From contig JAGGVU010000019.1 in assembly GCA_021157845.1 (NCBI GenBank), positions 2,410-66,409 of the forward strand: a stretch of 64,000 bases of DNA. The letters are read 5' to 3'. Position 1 is the stretch's first letter, and each line of letters opens with the position of its first letter. Position numbers and translations under genes: made by a program. The notes below the pieces were generated by a model. That model saw nothing but the letters and a program-made list of their open reading frames with translations, had not been told where the DNA came from and did not search any database. Source of the stretch: Candidatus Aenigmatarchaeota archaeon (GTDB lineage Archaea; Aenigmatarchaeota; Aenigmatarchaeia; GW2011-AR5; JAGGXF01). Shown one piece after another: positions 19,324-29,056 of the stretch.

Positions 19324-19683
19324 CTATATTTTATGTTCGTCGCAACTGTTATCTCTTGTTGCCTTCTCGAGCTTTCCAGATTTCCAAAGATCAAATATTT
19401 CTTTGGCAGTTTTTGCTTGGCTTGTATAAACAACAATTCCAAGCTTTTCACAAAGCTCTATGGCACTTGGGCCAATCCCTTGGCAAAGCAGAATATCAAT
19501 ATTATGCTTCTTAAGCAGTTCTGGCGGAAGTCCTGTTCCTCCCATATGTGCGCTCTCATTATTCAAGGTTTCAACAATTTTTCCATCCTCATCTATAATA
19601 AGATAAAATTCACATCTTCCGAAGTGATACGCGACATCGCTATATAATCCTTTGTTTTCATCGATTGGGATCGCAATTCTCAT
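19324..19683 (-). CDS. NifB/NifX-family (orange-protein-like) metal-cluster-binding protein
   Basis: RIAIP, HFGRC, GIGPSA. Confidence 0.88.
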   Translation of the reverse strand: MRIAIPIDENKGLYSDVAYHFGRCEFYLIIDEDGKIVETLNNESAHMGGTGLPPELLKKHNIDILLCQGIGPSAIELCEKLGIVVYTSQAKTAKEIFDLWKSGKLEKATRDNSCDEHKI

Positions 19684-20483
19684 TTTAACACCTCTTTTAC
19701 AATAGTATTTACAATATGCTTAAATTCCTCTGCGGATTCAAACGACTCAAGGACAAATGGCTTTTTCTTTTCTGCGCATCTTGCTATCCCCGCATCCAAT
19801 TTCAGCCTGCCTAAAAATTTTACTCCGATATCTGCTGCGGCCTTTTCCCCACCCCCAGTTCCGAATATTTCTCCAGACATGTTTTCTATGATACCCAGGA
19901 CAGGTATCTTAAGTTTTTTTGCCATATTTACTGATTTTTTTGCATCAACAACAGCTACATCTGTTGGTGTTGTTACTACAATTATACCATCTGGTACAAG
20001 CTCTTGCATAATTGTTAAAGAGCTATCGCTTGTTCCTGGCGGAAGGTCAATAACCAAATAATCCAGTTTACCCCATTCAACCTGCTCCAAAAGTTGCATT
20101 ATGGCCTTGGAGAGCATAGGTCCACGCCAGATAATAGGTTGGTCCTCTCTTTCTTGGAGCGACGCAAATGAAACCACATCTATGCCATATTTTTTGATTG
20201 GAATAATTTTTTCATTTTTCACAGATAAATGCTCCTCTATTCCCATAAATTTATTTACATTTGGACAGTCTATGTCAGCATCAAGAAGTGCAACGCGTAC
20301 AGGCTTTGTTGGTTCAGTTTTTGCCAGCGAAACTGCGAGATTGACTGCAACTGTTGTCTTACCAACACCACCTTTGCCGCTCATTACAGCTATTTTATAT
20401 TTTATTTTTTTCATATTTGCTTTTATTATTTCTCTTCTTTTCTGCATCTCTCTGCGCAATTCTAGGATATCCATATCAATCAT
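19680..20483 (-). CDS. mrp: Mrp/NBP35 Fe-S carrier ATPase
   Basis: SGKGGVGKTT, WRGPM, DLPPGTSD, GIIENMS. Confidence 0.92.
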   Translation of the reverse strand: MIDMDILELRREMQKRREIIKANMKKIKYKIAVMSGKGGVGKTTVAVNLAVSLAKTEPTKPVRVALLDADIDCPNVNKFMGIEEHLSVKNEKIIPIKKYGIDVVSFASLQEREDQPIIWRGPMLSKAIMQLLEQVEWGKLDYLVIDLPPGTSDSSLTIMQELVPDGIIVVTTPTDVAVVDAKKSVNMAKKLKIPVLGIIENMSGEIFGTGGGEKAAADIGVKFLGRLKLDAGIARCAEKKKPFVLESFESAEEFKHIVNTIVKEVLK

Positions 20484-20500
20484 CTATTTTTATCAACTTT

Positions 20501-21745
20501 TTAGTCTTTCTTCCTCGTTTGTTTTGTTAATCTTTCAAGTTTATTTTTTAAGAAGTTATCTATAACCTCTTTTGCGGTTCTACCTTTTATCTTGTAGATG
20601 TCAATTAAATTATCTCGCATGCTGTGGAAGGAAATTTCGCCAATTTCTTTTGTTATGAGTATGTCTACTTTTTCTTTCAGAAGAAAATGTACAGTAGATA
20701 GTCCTGCACGGACGCTCTTGCTCTTATTTGGGTTCGGTTTTGAGTAAAATCTGCGGATAGATTTTCTTTCAGTTTCAACAAAGAGAAAATAATCTGCTCG
20801 GCCAAAATGTTCTACGACTACTGAATCCAACCCCTTTGGTTTTTTTATCGGTATCGCAACTTTATGTTTTAAGCTTTCATAAGGTTCTATATGAATAGTA
20901 AAGGAATTGACGTCTTTGAATTTCTTTTTTACTTTTCTTTCAATTTGATCAGCTATTTCATGTGCTTTGTTAACATTAGCAAATTTCTTAATTTTTATAC
21001 TAACCTCCCCAAAAATAAATGGTCCGGACCTCCTAAGTTTAAGATTATTCAAGCTTTCTACACCAGGAGTTAGCTTTATCTGCTTCTCTATGTTTTTAAC
21101 AAGTATTTTATTAGGACTGACATCCATCAATGAAAATATAGAATCCCTTAAACTAAAAAGCCCAAATTTAAGCACAATCATAGAAATTATTATTGTGATT
21201 AGCCCTTCTATATAAGGGATTTTATAATTAGAAAGCAGAATTGTAATAAAAACGATGAAAGAAACAAAAACATCTTTTAGCCGGTCCTTGCTCATTATAT
21301 CAAGGCTCTGGGAGTTTATTTCTTTACTAACTCTTTTTAAATATGCTGAGTTGACAAAGGCCACTAAGCCAGAACTTGCGGCAACGGTTAGTGAGATAAT
21401 AGGATGTTGGATAGTTGCCAGAGCAAAAATTCTCTGATACCCATCAAAAAGTAACCTTATAGCTCCATACGTTATAATTATAGAAATGAATAGGGCCGAT
21501 ATATTTTCAGCCTTATAATAGCCGTAAGGAAATTTTTCATTTGGCTTTCTTTGAGATAACTTGAGGCTAAAAAAAGATGCTAAGCCAGAAATTATATCAG
21601 ATGCTGACTCCAGTGCATCACTTATCAAAACCAATGAGCCAGACAAAAACCCAGCTATTCCTTTTGCTAAAGCTAAGAAAAGGGAAATAGATATAGAGAT
21701 GAGAGAGGCCTTTACTCCCATCTTTAAATCAGTTTCCTTATTCAT
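20501..21745 (-). CDS. Cation diffusion facilitator fused to a C-terminal NifB/NifX domain
   Basis: CDF TMs, FPYGYYKAE, AHEIADQIE..IHIEP, then KVAIP..HFGRA; ATG 21745 preferred. Confidence 0.88.
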   Translation of the reverse strand: MNKETDLKMGVKASLISISISLFLALAKGIAGFLSGSLVLISDALESASDIISGLASFFSLKLSQRKPNEKFPYGYYKAENISALFISIIITYGAIRLLFDGYQRIFALATIQHPIISLTVAASSGLVAFVNSAYLKRVSKEINSQSLDIMSKDRLKDVFVSFIVFITILLSNYKIPYIEGLITIIISMIVLKFGLFSLRDSIFSLMDVSPNKILVKNIEKQIKLTPGVESLNNLKLRRSGPFIFGEVSIKIKKFANVNKAHEIADQIERKVKKKFKDVNSFTIHIEPYESLKHKVAIPIKKPKGLDSVVVEHFGRADYFLFVETERKSIRRFYSKPNPNKSKSVRAGLSTVHFLLKEKVDILITKEIGEISFHSMRDNLIDIYKIKGRTAKEVIDNFLKNKLERLTKQTRKKD

Positions 21746-22139
21746 TCCATCTGCCTCTTCTTCCAAAGCCACGTCTAAATCCAAAACCAGCGGTTCTTAT
21801 CTGAGCCTTTTTCAGCTCTCCTCTTATAAATTTTTCTATGTTATCTTTTACAGTTCCGCCAACGCCTTCGTAGATTTCTATTTCAAGTTGCTGCAAAGCT
21901 GCAAAAGCCCTTGGGCCAAATGCCAGCGATATCGCAGCTTTTGCTTCTGTATTACCAACTATTTGCGCTGCTACTATGCCTGCTCCTCCCCTCTGATTTA
22001 TGGCAGGATTCTCTATTACTTCTGTACTTTTTATTTTATTATTTTCTATGTTCACAACTGCAAAATATGGGCATCTTCCAAAAATTGGACTTATCTGGCT
22101 TTCTATATCTTTTCCAGTTGAGCTAATTGCTACTTTCAT
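21738..22139 (-). CDS. NifB/NifX-family protein with G/R-rich tail
   Basis: MKVAISS, FGRCPYF, GGAGIVAAQ, GPRAF; ATG 22139 follows a GGTGA SD. Confidence 0.88.
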   Translation of the reverse strand: MKVAISSTGKDIESQISPIFGRCPYFAVVNIENNKIKSTEVIENPAINQRGGAGIVAAQIVGNTEAKAAISLAFGPRAFAALQQLEIEIYEGVGGTVKDNIEKFIRGELKKAQIRTAGFGFRRGFGRRGRWNE

Positions 22140-22144
22140 TTTTT

Positions 22145-22312
22145 TCACCTTCCTAACATACGGGTTCCACACTTTTGGCCCAACTTCTGATTGTATGGAA
22201 TACCCTCTGATGTGTATCTTTATATCCACATTTTGGACATATACATTCGGCTGTTCCAAAATCTTATTCCCACACCTATTCCTTGACCAGTTCCTCTTGG
22301 TATATTAATCAT
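22145..22312 (-). pseudogene. Frameshifted small zinc-ribbon gene
   Basis: Frames join to PRGTGQGIG..ECICPKCGYKDTHQR/GIPYNQKLGQKCGTRMLGR, similar to the C-terminus of the DUF134 protein. Confidence 0.65.
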
Positions 22313-22322
22313 CTCTATATAT

Positions 22323-22556
22323 TTACCATCGCCCTCTTCCATCTCTTGGTCGTGGTAATCCTCTTGGATTTATGTCTGATTGGTGTCCAAATCCTCTGCC
22401 AAATCCTCTTCCACGACCGCGTCCTAGTCCAAATGGTCTGAATCTTGGTCGATAAGTTGGCTCTTTTTTCTCTGTTGTCGGGATTATACAATATCCACGA
22501 CCTCTTCCTGTCATTGGACCCTTTCCTTCTGGACCTGTTCCATCATATCCTGGCAT
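22323..22556 (-). CDS. DUF5320-like small G/R-rich protein
   Basis: MPGYDGTGPEGKGPMTGRGRGYC. Confidence 0.85.
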   Translation of the reverse strand: MPGYDGTGPEGKGPMTGRGRGYCIIPTTEKKEPTYRPRFRPFGLGRGRGRGFGRGFGHQSDINPRGLPRPRDGRGRW

Positions 22557-22583
22557 GTTATTCACCTCCTTTCTAAATAAACA

Positions 22584-23006
22584 TTATTTTCTCCTCATAA
22601 AAGACCCGCATTTTTTACATTTAGTTTTGCTGCAGGGAATTCCTCTTATGTGATATTCTTTGTATCCGCATATAGGGCAGACACAATATTCTGATTTTTG
22701 AGCTATTCTATAATTACCACCCTTTATTTGAATCGCCTTCCCATTAATCAGCGCATCTGAAATCTTCTTTTTAGCTGAGTTCAGTATACGCTGAAAAGTG
22801 CCCCGGGAAATTTTCATCTTTTTGGCGCATGCTTTTTGGTTAAGCCCATTAAGGTCTTTCAATTTTATTGCTTCAAGTTCCTCTATTTTTAGTATAACCT
22901 TTTCTAAATCTGAAAGGGGAATTCTCCTTGGTTTGAAGTAGTTTACCTCTGGTTCATTCTGAACTATTCTTATTTTTCTCGGTCTTACCATACTGTGCAT
23001 ATGCAC
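22584..23006 (-). CDS. DUF134 HTH regulator with C-terminal zinc ribbon
   Basis: RPRKIR, EELEAIKLKD, MKISRGTFQRILNSA, CVCPICG..CKKCG. Confidence 0.9.
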   Translation of the reverse strand: MHMHSMVRPRKIRIVQNEPEVNYFKPRRIPLSDLEKVILKIEELEAIKLKDLNGLNQKACAKKMKISRGTFQRILNSAKKKISDALINGKAIQIKGGNYRIAQKSEYCVCPICGYKEYHIRGIPCSKTKCKKCGSFMRRK

Positions 23007-23107
23007 ATAAATGTTTATAAAGCTATTGTTACGACGATTTTATGCAGAAAGCAATTTTTATGAATTATTTATAAATAATTCGTCATAATCTAATTTAATG
23101 TGATGAT

Positions 23108-23293
23108 ATGAAACTATTGGTTATTTTGTTGGTTATATTAATTTTTGTAAGTGGCTGTGTTACAGGAAACGTGGATGACAATATTTCAGCACAAAAACAG
23201 GCAGCTCAAAACCAAAACAAGTTAATCAACACAACAGAAAATGAGCCAGATTATGAAATAGCTGGTCAGATAAATGTGAGCGGAGTGCCATGA
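23108..23293 (+). CDS. Small lipoprotein
   Basis: Signal peptide with lipobox VSGC; overlaps the next start. Confidence 0.6.
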   Translation: MKLLVILLVILIFVSGCVTGNVDDNISAQKQAAQNQNKLINTTENEPDYEIAGQINVSGVP

Positions 23294-24159
23294 AAGTATT
23301 AGTTACAGGCGGATCTGGGTTTATTGGCTCCTTTTTAGTAAAAGAATTATTAAGAGCAGGTGAAGAGGTTATAATTTTTGACAAAAAAAAGCCACGGTTT
23401 AGAGGAGCTGAATTTATTAAGGGGGACATAAGAGATAAGATAGATTTGCCTCGCGTAAACACAATTTATCATCTTGCTGCCCAGATTTCTGTCCCTTTTG
23501 CTGAAGCGCACCCGGAGGAGAATTATTCTATAAATGTAGAAGGGACCAAGCACGTGCTAATGTATGCGTTGAAAGCCAAAATAAAAAATTTTGTATTTTT
23601 CAGCAGTGCAGCTGTTTACGGGTTGCAGGATAATCCAATAAAAGAAAATGCAATAAAAAAGCCAATAAATAATTATGGCTTGTCAAAATTAGAGGCAGAA
23701 GAAGAATGCCTAAAATATAAAAAATATTTTTCTTTATCCATCTTAAGACCATTCAACGTGTATGGCATTGGTTGTAGCGGTGTTATAAAAAAGTTTATCG
23801 AAGCTGCAAAAAATAATAAAAAGGTCTTTATAGAGGGGGATGGAAAACAAACAAGAGATTTTATTCATGTGAATGACGTTGTTGGTGCAGCTTTATTTTT
23901 ATCAGATAAGCCGGGCGTTTATAACATTGGGACTGGAAAAGAGACGTCTATTAATAAGCTTGTTAAAATTATAGAGAAAGTAAGCTGCAAAAAACTAGAG
24001 AAAGAATACATCAAAGCAAGACAGGCAGACATTAGAAGAAGTGTAGCAGATATTTCCGCCTTGCGACAAGCTGGATTTGATGTTAAAATTTCTTTGGAAA
24101 ATGGAATAAAACAGATATTCAGGGATTATAATTTAGTTGCACGGCAGCTGTCTAAATAA
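23290..24159 (+). CDS. NAD-dependent epimerase/dehydratase (GalE-like)
   Basis: TGGSGFIG, SSAAVYG, YGLSK, GDGKQTRDF. Confidence 0.92.
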   Translation: MKVLVTGGSGFIGSFLVKELLRAGEEVIIFDKKKPRFRGAEFIKGDIRDKIDLPRVNTIYHLAAQISVPFAEAHPEENYSINVEGTKHVLMYALKAKIKNFVFFSSAAVYGLQDNPIKENAIKKPINNYGLSKLEAEEECLKYKKYFSLSILRPFNVYGIGCSGVIKKFIEAAKNNKKVFIEGDGKQTRDFIHVNDVVGAALFLSDKPGVYNIGTGKETSINKLVKIIEKVSCKKLEKEYIKARQADIRRSVADISALRQAGFDVKISLENGIKQIFRDYNLVARQLSK

Positions 24160-24275
24160 TAAACCTCTAAAAACCCACAATACTCAATTAAAGATTATGC
24201 TTAGCACACTTCATTAAATTAAGGCTTTGCTTTACTTGCTCTGAATCATTTCGGGTTTCGCTTAATCCTCTAACA

Positions 24276-25004
24276 TTACTCAACTAACCATTTAATCATA
24301 CTTCTTGCTGCATGTATTACAACATATTTGAAGTCTTTAAGATATTCCATAATATTCCTTTTTCTTCTCCTTAGCAGGTAGAAAAAATTCCTGAAGCCAT
24401 CAAATACTGTTACGCCCCTTCCTCTTCTATATATAGAAGGGCTTAGGTTTATATTGCACGCCATTATGTTGTGTTTTCCGATTTGAAATATTATATCTGC
24501 AGCTATTTCATATTTTTTCGCCTGAAGTTTTATTTTTTTTAAGCAATTTTTAGAAAATGCCCGATACCCGGACTCTGTGTCCAAAAGAGCTGTTCCTGAA
24601 ATAAGATTGATCATGAACGATAATGAAAGATTACCTAACTTTTTATAAAACGGGTATTTTGACAAATTACGCTTGCCGAGAACAAAATCATATCCTTGGT
24701 TTATTTTTTCTATAAATTTTTTAATATCTTTTGGGTTATGTTGACCATCTGCATCTAGTGTTATTGTAACATCAGCTCCAAATTTTCTGGCCCTTTCCAG
24801 ACCAGTTCTTATAGCTGAGCCGAGGCCCATATTTTTTTTATGTCTTATTACGACTGCTCCGGCTTTTCTGGCTAATTTTGCTGTACTGTCCGATGAGCCA
24901 TCATCTACAACTATGACCTTATTAACATACTGTTTTGTCTTTTTTACCATTTCATATATTGTTTTTTCCTCGTTGTAGGCTGGCATAACTGCAACTATTT
25001 TCAT
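24276..25004 (-). CDS. GT2 glycosyltransferase (Dol-P-sugar synthase-like)
   Basis: PAYNEE, VDDGSSD, DADGQH, DTESGYRA. Confidence 0.92.
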   Translation of the reverse strand: MKIVAVMPAYNEEKTIYEMVKKTKQYVNKVIVVDDGSSDSTAKLARKAGAVVIRHKKNMGLGSAIRTGLERARKFGADVTITLDADGQHNPKDIKKFIEKINQGYDFVLGKRNLSKYPFYKKLGNLSLSFMINLISGTALLDTESGYRAFSKNCLKKIKLQAKKYEIAADIIFQIGKHNIMACNINLSPSIYRRGRGVTVFDGFRNFFYLLRRRKRNIMEYLKDFKYVVIHAARSMIKWLVE

Positions 25005-25158
25005 AAAATAAAGATAAAGGAAAACTAATTAAAGTTTATAATTAACACTTAAATTATAATCAGCCAATAATAATTGACGAATCTGAAACAAAAACTATAA
25101 ATATAATATTTTCCCTAAATATCTCTATTACAAGACCATACTGATACACCGTGGTAAA

Positions 25159-25689
25159 ATGATTGAAATACGCATAAACGGAAGGGGCGGGCAAGGCGCT
25201 GTGACAACTTCCGAGATTTTGGCAATAGCTGCTTTTAAAGACGGAAGATATTCGCAGGCTTTTCCTCATTTTGGGGTCGAGAGAAGAGGAGCACCAGCAA
25301 TGGCATTCTGCAGAATAGACGATAAAGAAATAAAACTGAGGACCCATGTCTATACGCCGGATTATATAATCATCTTGGATCCATCATTGCTTAATCTGCC
25401 GGATACGCTAAATGGGTTGAAAAATAGCGGAATCATCATTCTGAACTCTAAAGAAAAATACATAGAACTTGAAAAAAAATACAAGATTATATATGTTGAC
25501 GCCACCCAGATAGCATTGGATATAATAGGAAAACCAATTGTAAATACAGCAGTACTTGGCGCGCTGTCAAAGAAGACAAGTCTGGTAAGTTTAAACGCAT
25601 TAAAAGATGCTATAAAGGAAAAATTTTCTGGAGAATTGGCTGACAAAAATATTGAGGTTCTGCAAAAAGTTTATGATTCCACTAATTAG
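25159..25689 (+). CDS. porC: Pyruvate:ferredoxin oxidoreductase gamma subunit
   Basis: GRGGQGAVT, FGVERRGAP. Confidence 0.93.
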   Translation: MIEIRINGRGGQGAVTTSEILAIAAFKDGRYSQAFPHFGVERRGAPAMAFCRIDDKEIKLRTHVYTPDYIIILDPSLLNLPDTLNGLKNSGIIILNSKEKYIELEKKYKIIYVDATQIALDIIGKPIVNTAVLGALSKKTSLVSLNALKDAIKEKFSGELADKNIEVLQKVYDSTN

Positions 25690-25968
25690 GTGTGTTTTAT
25701 GGATAAGAAATTTAACGAAGGTGCCTGGGCTGAGCCAGGAACGTCTGTTAAAAATAAGACAGGATCGTGGAGAACTTTTAAGCCGATTGTGACTGATAGA
25801 TGTGTTGGTTGCGGAACATGTACAAAATTCTGTCCTGAAGGAGCTATAAAGATTGTTGAAAAAAATGGGAAAAAAAAGGCAGAGATAAATTATGATTATT
25901 GCAAAGGATGTTTGATATGTTTGAAAGAATGCCCATTTAAGGCTATAGAAAAAGAAGTTGAAAAATAA
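25690..25968 (+). CDS. porD: Pyruvate:ferredoxin oxidoreductase delta subunit
   Basis: KTGSWRTFKP, two ferredoxin motifs, YDYCKGC. Confidence 0.93.
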   Translation: MCFMDKKFNEGAWAEPGTSVKNKTGSWRTFKPIVTDRCVGCGTCTKFCPEGAIKIVEKNGKKKAEINYDYCKGCLICLKECPFKAIEKEVEK

Positions 25969-25987
25969 GTTGAAGCGGTGATTTTAT

Positions 25988-27118
25988 ATGAAAAAGGTCA
26001 TAGAAGGAAGCCACGCAGTAGCAGAGGCTGTCCGATTATGTGCACCAAAGGTAATTGCCGCCTATCCCATAACACCGCAAACACATATAGTTGAACGATT
26101 GAGCAAGATGGTTGCTGATGGACAATTGGATAGTGAGTTTTTATGTGTTGAGTCGGAGCATTCAGCTATGTCTGCATGCATAGGTGCTCAGGCAACAGGT
26201 GTTAGAACATATACAGCAACAGCTTCCCAAGGCCTGATGTTGATGCACGAAATGCTGCATGTTGCTTCTGGCATGAGACTACCAATAGTTATAAATGTTG
26301 CGAACAGATCAGTTTCTAGCCCACTTAGTATATGGAATGACTGGCTTGATGCAATGGCTGTTCGTAATTCTGGTTGGGTCCAGTTGTTTGTCGAATCAAG
26401 CCAAGAAGCGTTAGATACCACTATACAAGCTTATAAAATTGCGGAAACAATCCACCTGCCTGTCATGGTTTGCATAGACGGGTTTTATTTGTCTCATACC
26501 TACGAGCCCGTTGATATTCCAGATACGGTAGCTGGATATCTTGGCGACTATAAACCAAAGGTTGTTTTGGATCCAAAAAACCCAATAACACAAGGTATGA
26601 TGGCAGGTCCAAAAGCATTTCAGGAGTTCAAGGAACAACAACATAGGGCTTTGCTTAGCGCTAAAGATGTGATAAAAAATGAGAATAGAGAGTTCAACAA
26701 AAAATTTGGCAGAATATATGGAGATGGGTTGGTAGAAACTTATAATATGGAATCTGCAGATTATGCAATAATTTCTATGGGCTCTGTATGTGGAACAATT
26801 AAGCATATTTTGGATGAGAAAAAAATATCTGATATTGGGCTAATACGTATAAAGACATATAGACCGTTCCCAAATAAAGAAATAATAGATTTAACTAAAA
26901 ATCTAAAAGCTTTGGGTGTGCTTGAGAAGGACATTTCCTTTGGAATTGGAGGAGCGTTGTGGGCAGATGTTAAGACATTTGTAGATAAGCCAGTTTCTAA
27001 TTTTATAGGAGGTCTGGGTGGAAGAGATATTCAGATAGAGGATATAGTCAAAATCTTTGGGACCATAAGAAAAGAAGAAGAAAATATTCATTGGGTCGGT
27101 TCCCAGCTAAAAAAGTGA
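25988..27118 (+). CDS. porA: Pyruvate:ferredoxin oxidoreductase alpha subunit
   Basis: AYPITPQT, ESEHSA, TATASQG. Confidence 0.94.
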   Translation: MKKVIEGSHAVAEAVRLCAPKVIAAYPITPQTHIVERLSKMVADGQLDSEFLCVESEHSAMSACIGAQATGVRTYTATASQGLMLMHEMLHVASGMRLPIVINVANRSVSSPLSIWNDWLDAMAVRNSGWVQLFVESSQEALDTTIQAYKIAETIHLPVMVCIDGFYLSHTYEPVDIPDTVAGYLGDYKPKVVLDPKNPITQGMMAGPKAFQEFKEQQHRALLSAKDVIKNENREFNKKFGRIYGDGLVETYNMESADYAIISMGSVCGTIKHILDEKKISDIGLIRIKTYRPFPNKEIIDLTKNLKALGVLEKDISFGIGGALWADVKTFVDKPVSNFIGGLGGRDIQIEDIVKIFGTIRKEEENIHWVGSQLKK

Positions 27119-27122
27119 TATT

Positions 27123-27977
27123 ATGAAAAAATTGCTTTCGTTTGGTACGAGGTCATGCGCAGGTTGTCCAGCATCTTTAGCTGTAAGAAGAATTTTAGAA
27201 GCAGTTGGAGATAATGTTATTATTGTGAATGGAACAAGTTGTCTTGAAGTAACCACAACACAATATCCATTAAGCTCTTGGAATGTTCCCTACATACATA
27301 CAGCCTTTGAATGTACCGGAGCTGTTGCTTCTGGTGTTGAGTCTGCGTTGAAAAAAATGGGAAAAGACACACATGTTGTGGCAATTGCCGGAGATGGTGG
27401 GACATTTGATATTGGATTGCAGTCTTTATCAGGAATGATTGACAGGGGGCATAATGTCTTGTATATATGCTATGATAATGAATGTTACGCAAATACTGGT
27501 TTGCAAAGAAGTTCAGCTACTCCCTATGGTGCAGCTACAACTACCAGCCCCCCTGGCAAATTTTCTATTGGAAATAAAACATTTAAAAAGCCAATTGTGC
27601 AGATGCTTGCTGCACAAAAAGTTCCATATGTTGCCACCGCTTCTTTGGCATACCCAGATGACTTAGAAAGAAAAGTGAAAAAGGCGTTGACAATCAAAGG
27701 CCCGAAATTCATACATATACTTGCGCCATGCCCAATTTCTTGGCGATTTGACAGCTCTGAAACTATACATGTAGCACGGCTTGCTGTTGAAACAGGTATG
27801 TGGATTTTGTGCGAAATAGAAAATGGAAAAATTAAAATAAATGTCACACCATCGGAAAGAAAGCCAGTTAAAGACTATCTTAGTTTGCAGGGCAGGTTTA
27901 AGCATCTAAAGGACGAAGATATAAAAAAAATACAAGAAAAAGTAGACGATGATTGGAAAGCATACAAGAAATATTAA
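27123..27977 (+). CDS. porB: Pyruvate:ferredoxin oxidoreductase beta subunit
   Basis: CAGC, TPP motif GDGG..DN, NTGLQRS. Confidence 0.94.
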   Translation: MKKLLSFGTRSCAGCPASLAVRRILEAVGDNVIIVNGTSCLEVTTTQYPLSSWNVPYIHTAFECTGAVASGVESALKKMGKDTHVVAIAGDGGTFDIGLQSLSGMIDRGHNVLYICYDNECYANTGLQRSSATPYGAATTTSPPGKFSIGNKTFKKPIVQMLAAQKVPYVATASLAYPDDLERKVKKALTIKGPKFIHILAPCPISWRFDSSETIHVARLAVETGMWILCEIENGKIKINVTPSERKPVKDYLSLQGRFKHLKDEDIKKIQEKVDDDWKAYKKY

Positions 27978-28013
27978 TTTAAACCTTCACAGCTATTCTA
28001 ATCAGGTGACTTT

Positions 28014-28613
28014 ATGCTTGGAAAATTTATAGTATTTGAGGGTCTGGATGGTTCTGGGATATCGACACAGTCGGGTTTGCTTTATGATTATTTTTCAAAA
28101 AAAGGCAAAAAGACAGTTCTGACAAAGGAACAGACAAACGGTTTAATAGGTGGCTTAATAAAGGCCGGTTTGCGGCATGAATGGAAAACAACTCCTTTAG
28201 CTCTGCAACTTTTATTTGCTGCGGACCGTTCACACCATTTGGATAAACAGATTAATCCAGCTATTAATAATGGAAAGATAGTTATATGTGACAGATACAT
28301 ATTGTCTACGCTGGCATTTGGCTCTTTGGATGTTGATATGCAATTTTTAAAAGAGATTAACTCAAAATTTCCAGCTCCGGATATAACATTCATTTTAGAT
28401 GTTTTGCCAAAAATTTGTCTTCAACGAATTACTAAGTCCAGATTTCACGCAGAATTGTTTGAGGAGGAGGAAAAACTAAATAAAATAAGGAAAGCATATC
28501 TTTCTTTAAAAAATTATTTCCCAAATACATTTGTAATAGATGGCAACAGATCCATAGAAGAAGTTCATAAAGACATAGTTAAAATCGTAGAGGAGCAAAT
28601 CAAAGAGAAATAA
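28014..28613 (+). CDS. tmk: Thymidylate kinase
   Basis: FEGLDGSG, LLFAADR, CDRY; Walker A Lys appears as Ile (GSGIST). Confidence 0.9.
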   Translation: MLGKFIVFEGLDGSGISTQSGLLYDYFSKKGKKTVLTKEQTNGLIGGLIKAGLRHEWKTTPLALQLLFAADRSHHLDKQINPAINNGKIVICDRYILSTLAFGSLDVDMQFLKEINSKFPAPDITFILDVLPKICLQRITKSRFHAELFEEEEKLNKIRKAYLSLKNYFPNTFVIDGNRSIEEVHKDIVKIVEEQIKEK

Positions 28614-28664
28614 TAAATAATTGAATCTTAAAAATTATAAATAAACAAAAAATAAAGTGTATCT

Positions 28665-28964
28665 ATGGGCATAAATCGAATCGATAAAATCATAGGTCTG
28701 CTTTCTTTAATTCCCCCCATTTTTACATTTGTTGCGCTTGCTTATGCTTTTACACATTCTTTGAATCTTCCAGGTCCTTTATTTGATTTTTTCATTCCCA
28801 AAGCAACTATTGGTAGTGGTGCAATTTTTTCAATTCTTTTCATAATTTTTTCAGTAAAAGTTTTTTATGAAAAAAAGAGTCTTACTGAAGGAGAAATTTA
28901 TACATTTGTTTTTGTTGGTTTACTATGGACCTTTGTTTTACTATCAGAATTTATATCTTTGTAA
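28665..28964 (+). CDS. Hypothetical membrane protein
   Basis: 99 aa with three hydrophobic segments. Confidence 0.6.
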   Translation: MGINRIDKIIGLLSLIPPIFTFVALAYAFTHSLNLPGPLFDFFIPKATIGSGAIFSILFIIFSVKVFYEKKSLTEGEIYTFVFVGLLWTFVLLSEFISL

Positions 28965-29056
28965 TTTTATCAATTTCTAGACAGTTGTGTTTTATTTTTA
29001 AGCTGGATGGGCTACAGAAAATGCTCATAAAGAGATTGTGTTAATCATAGAAAAAT

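Noticed and set aside
19324..22139. NifB/NifX domains as evidence of nitrogen fixation
   Set aside because: No nifHDK; these domains are common in non-diazotrophic anaerobes
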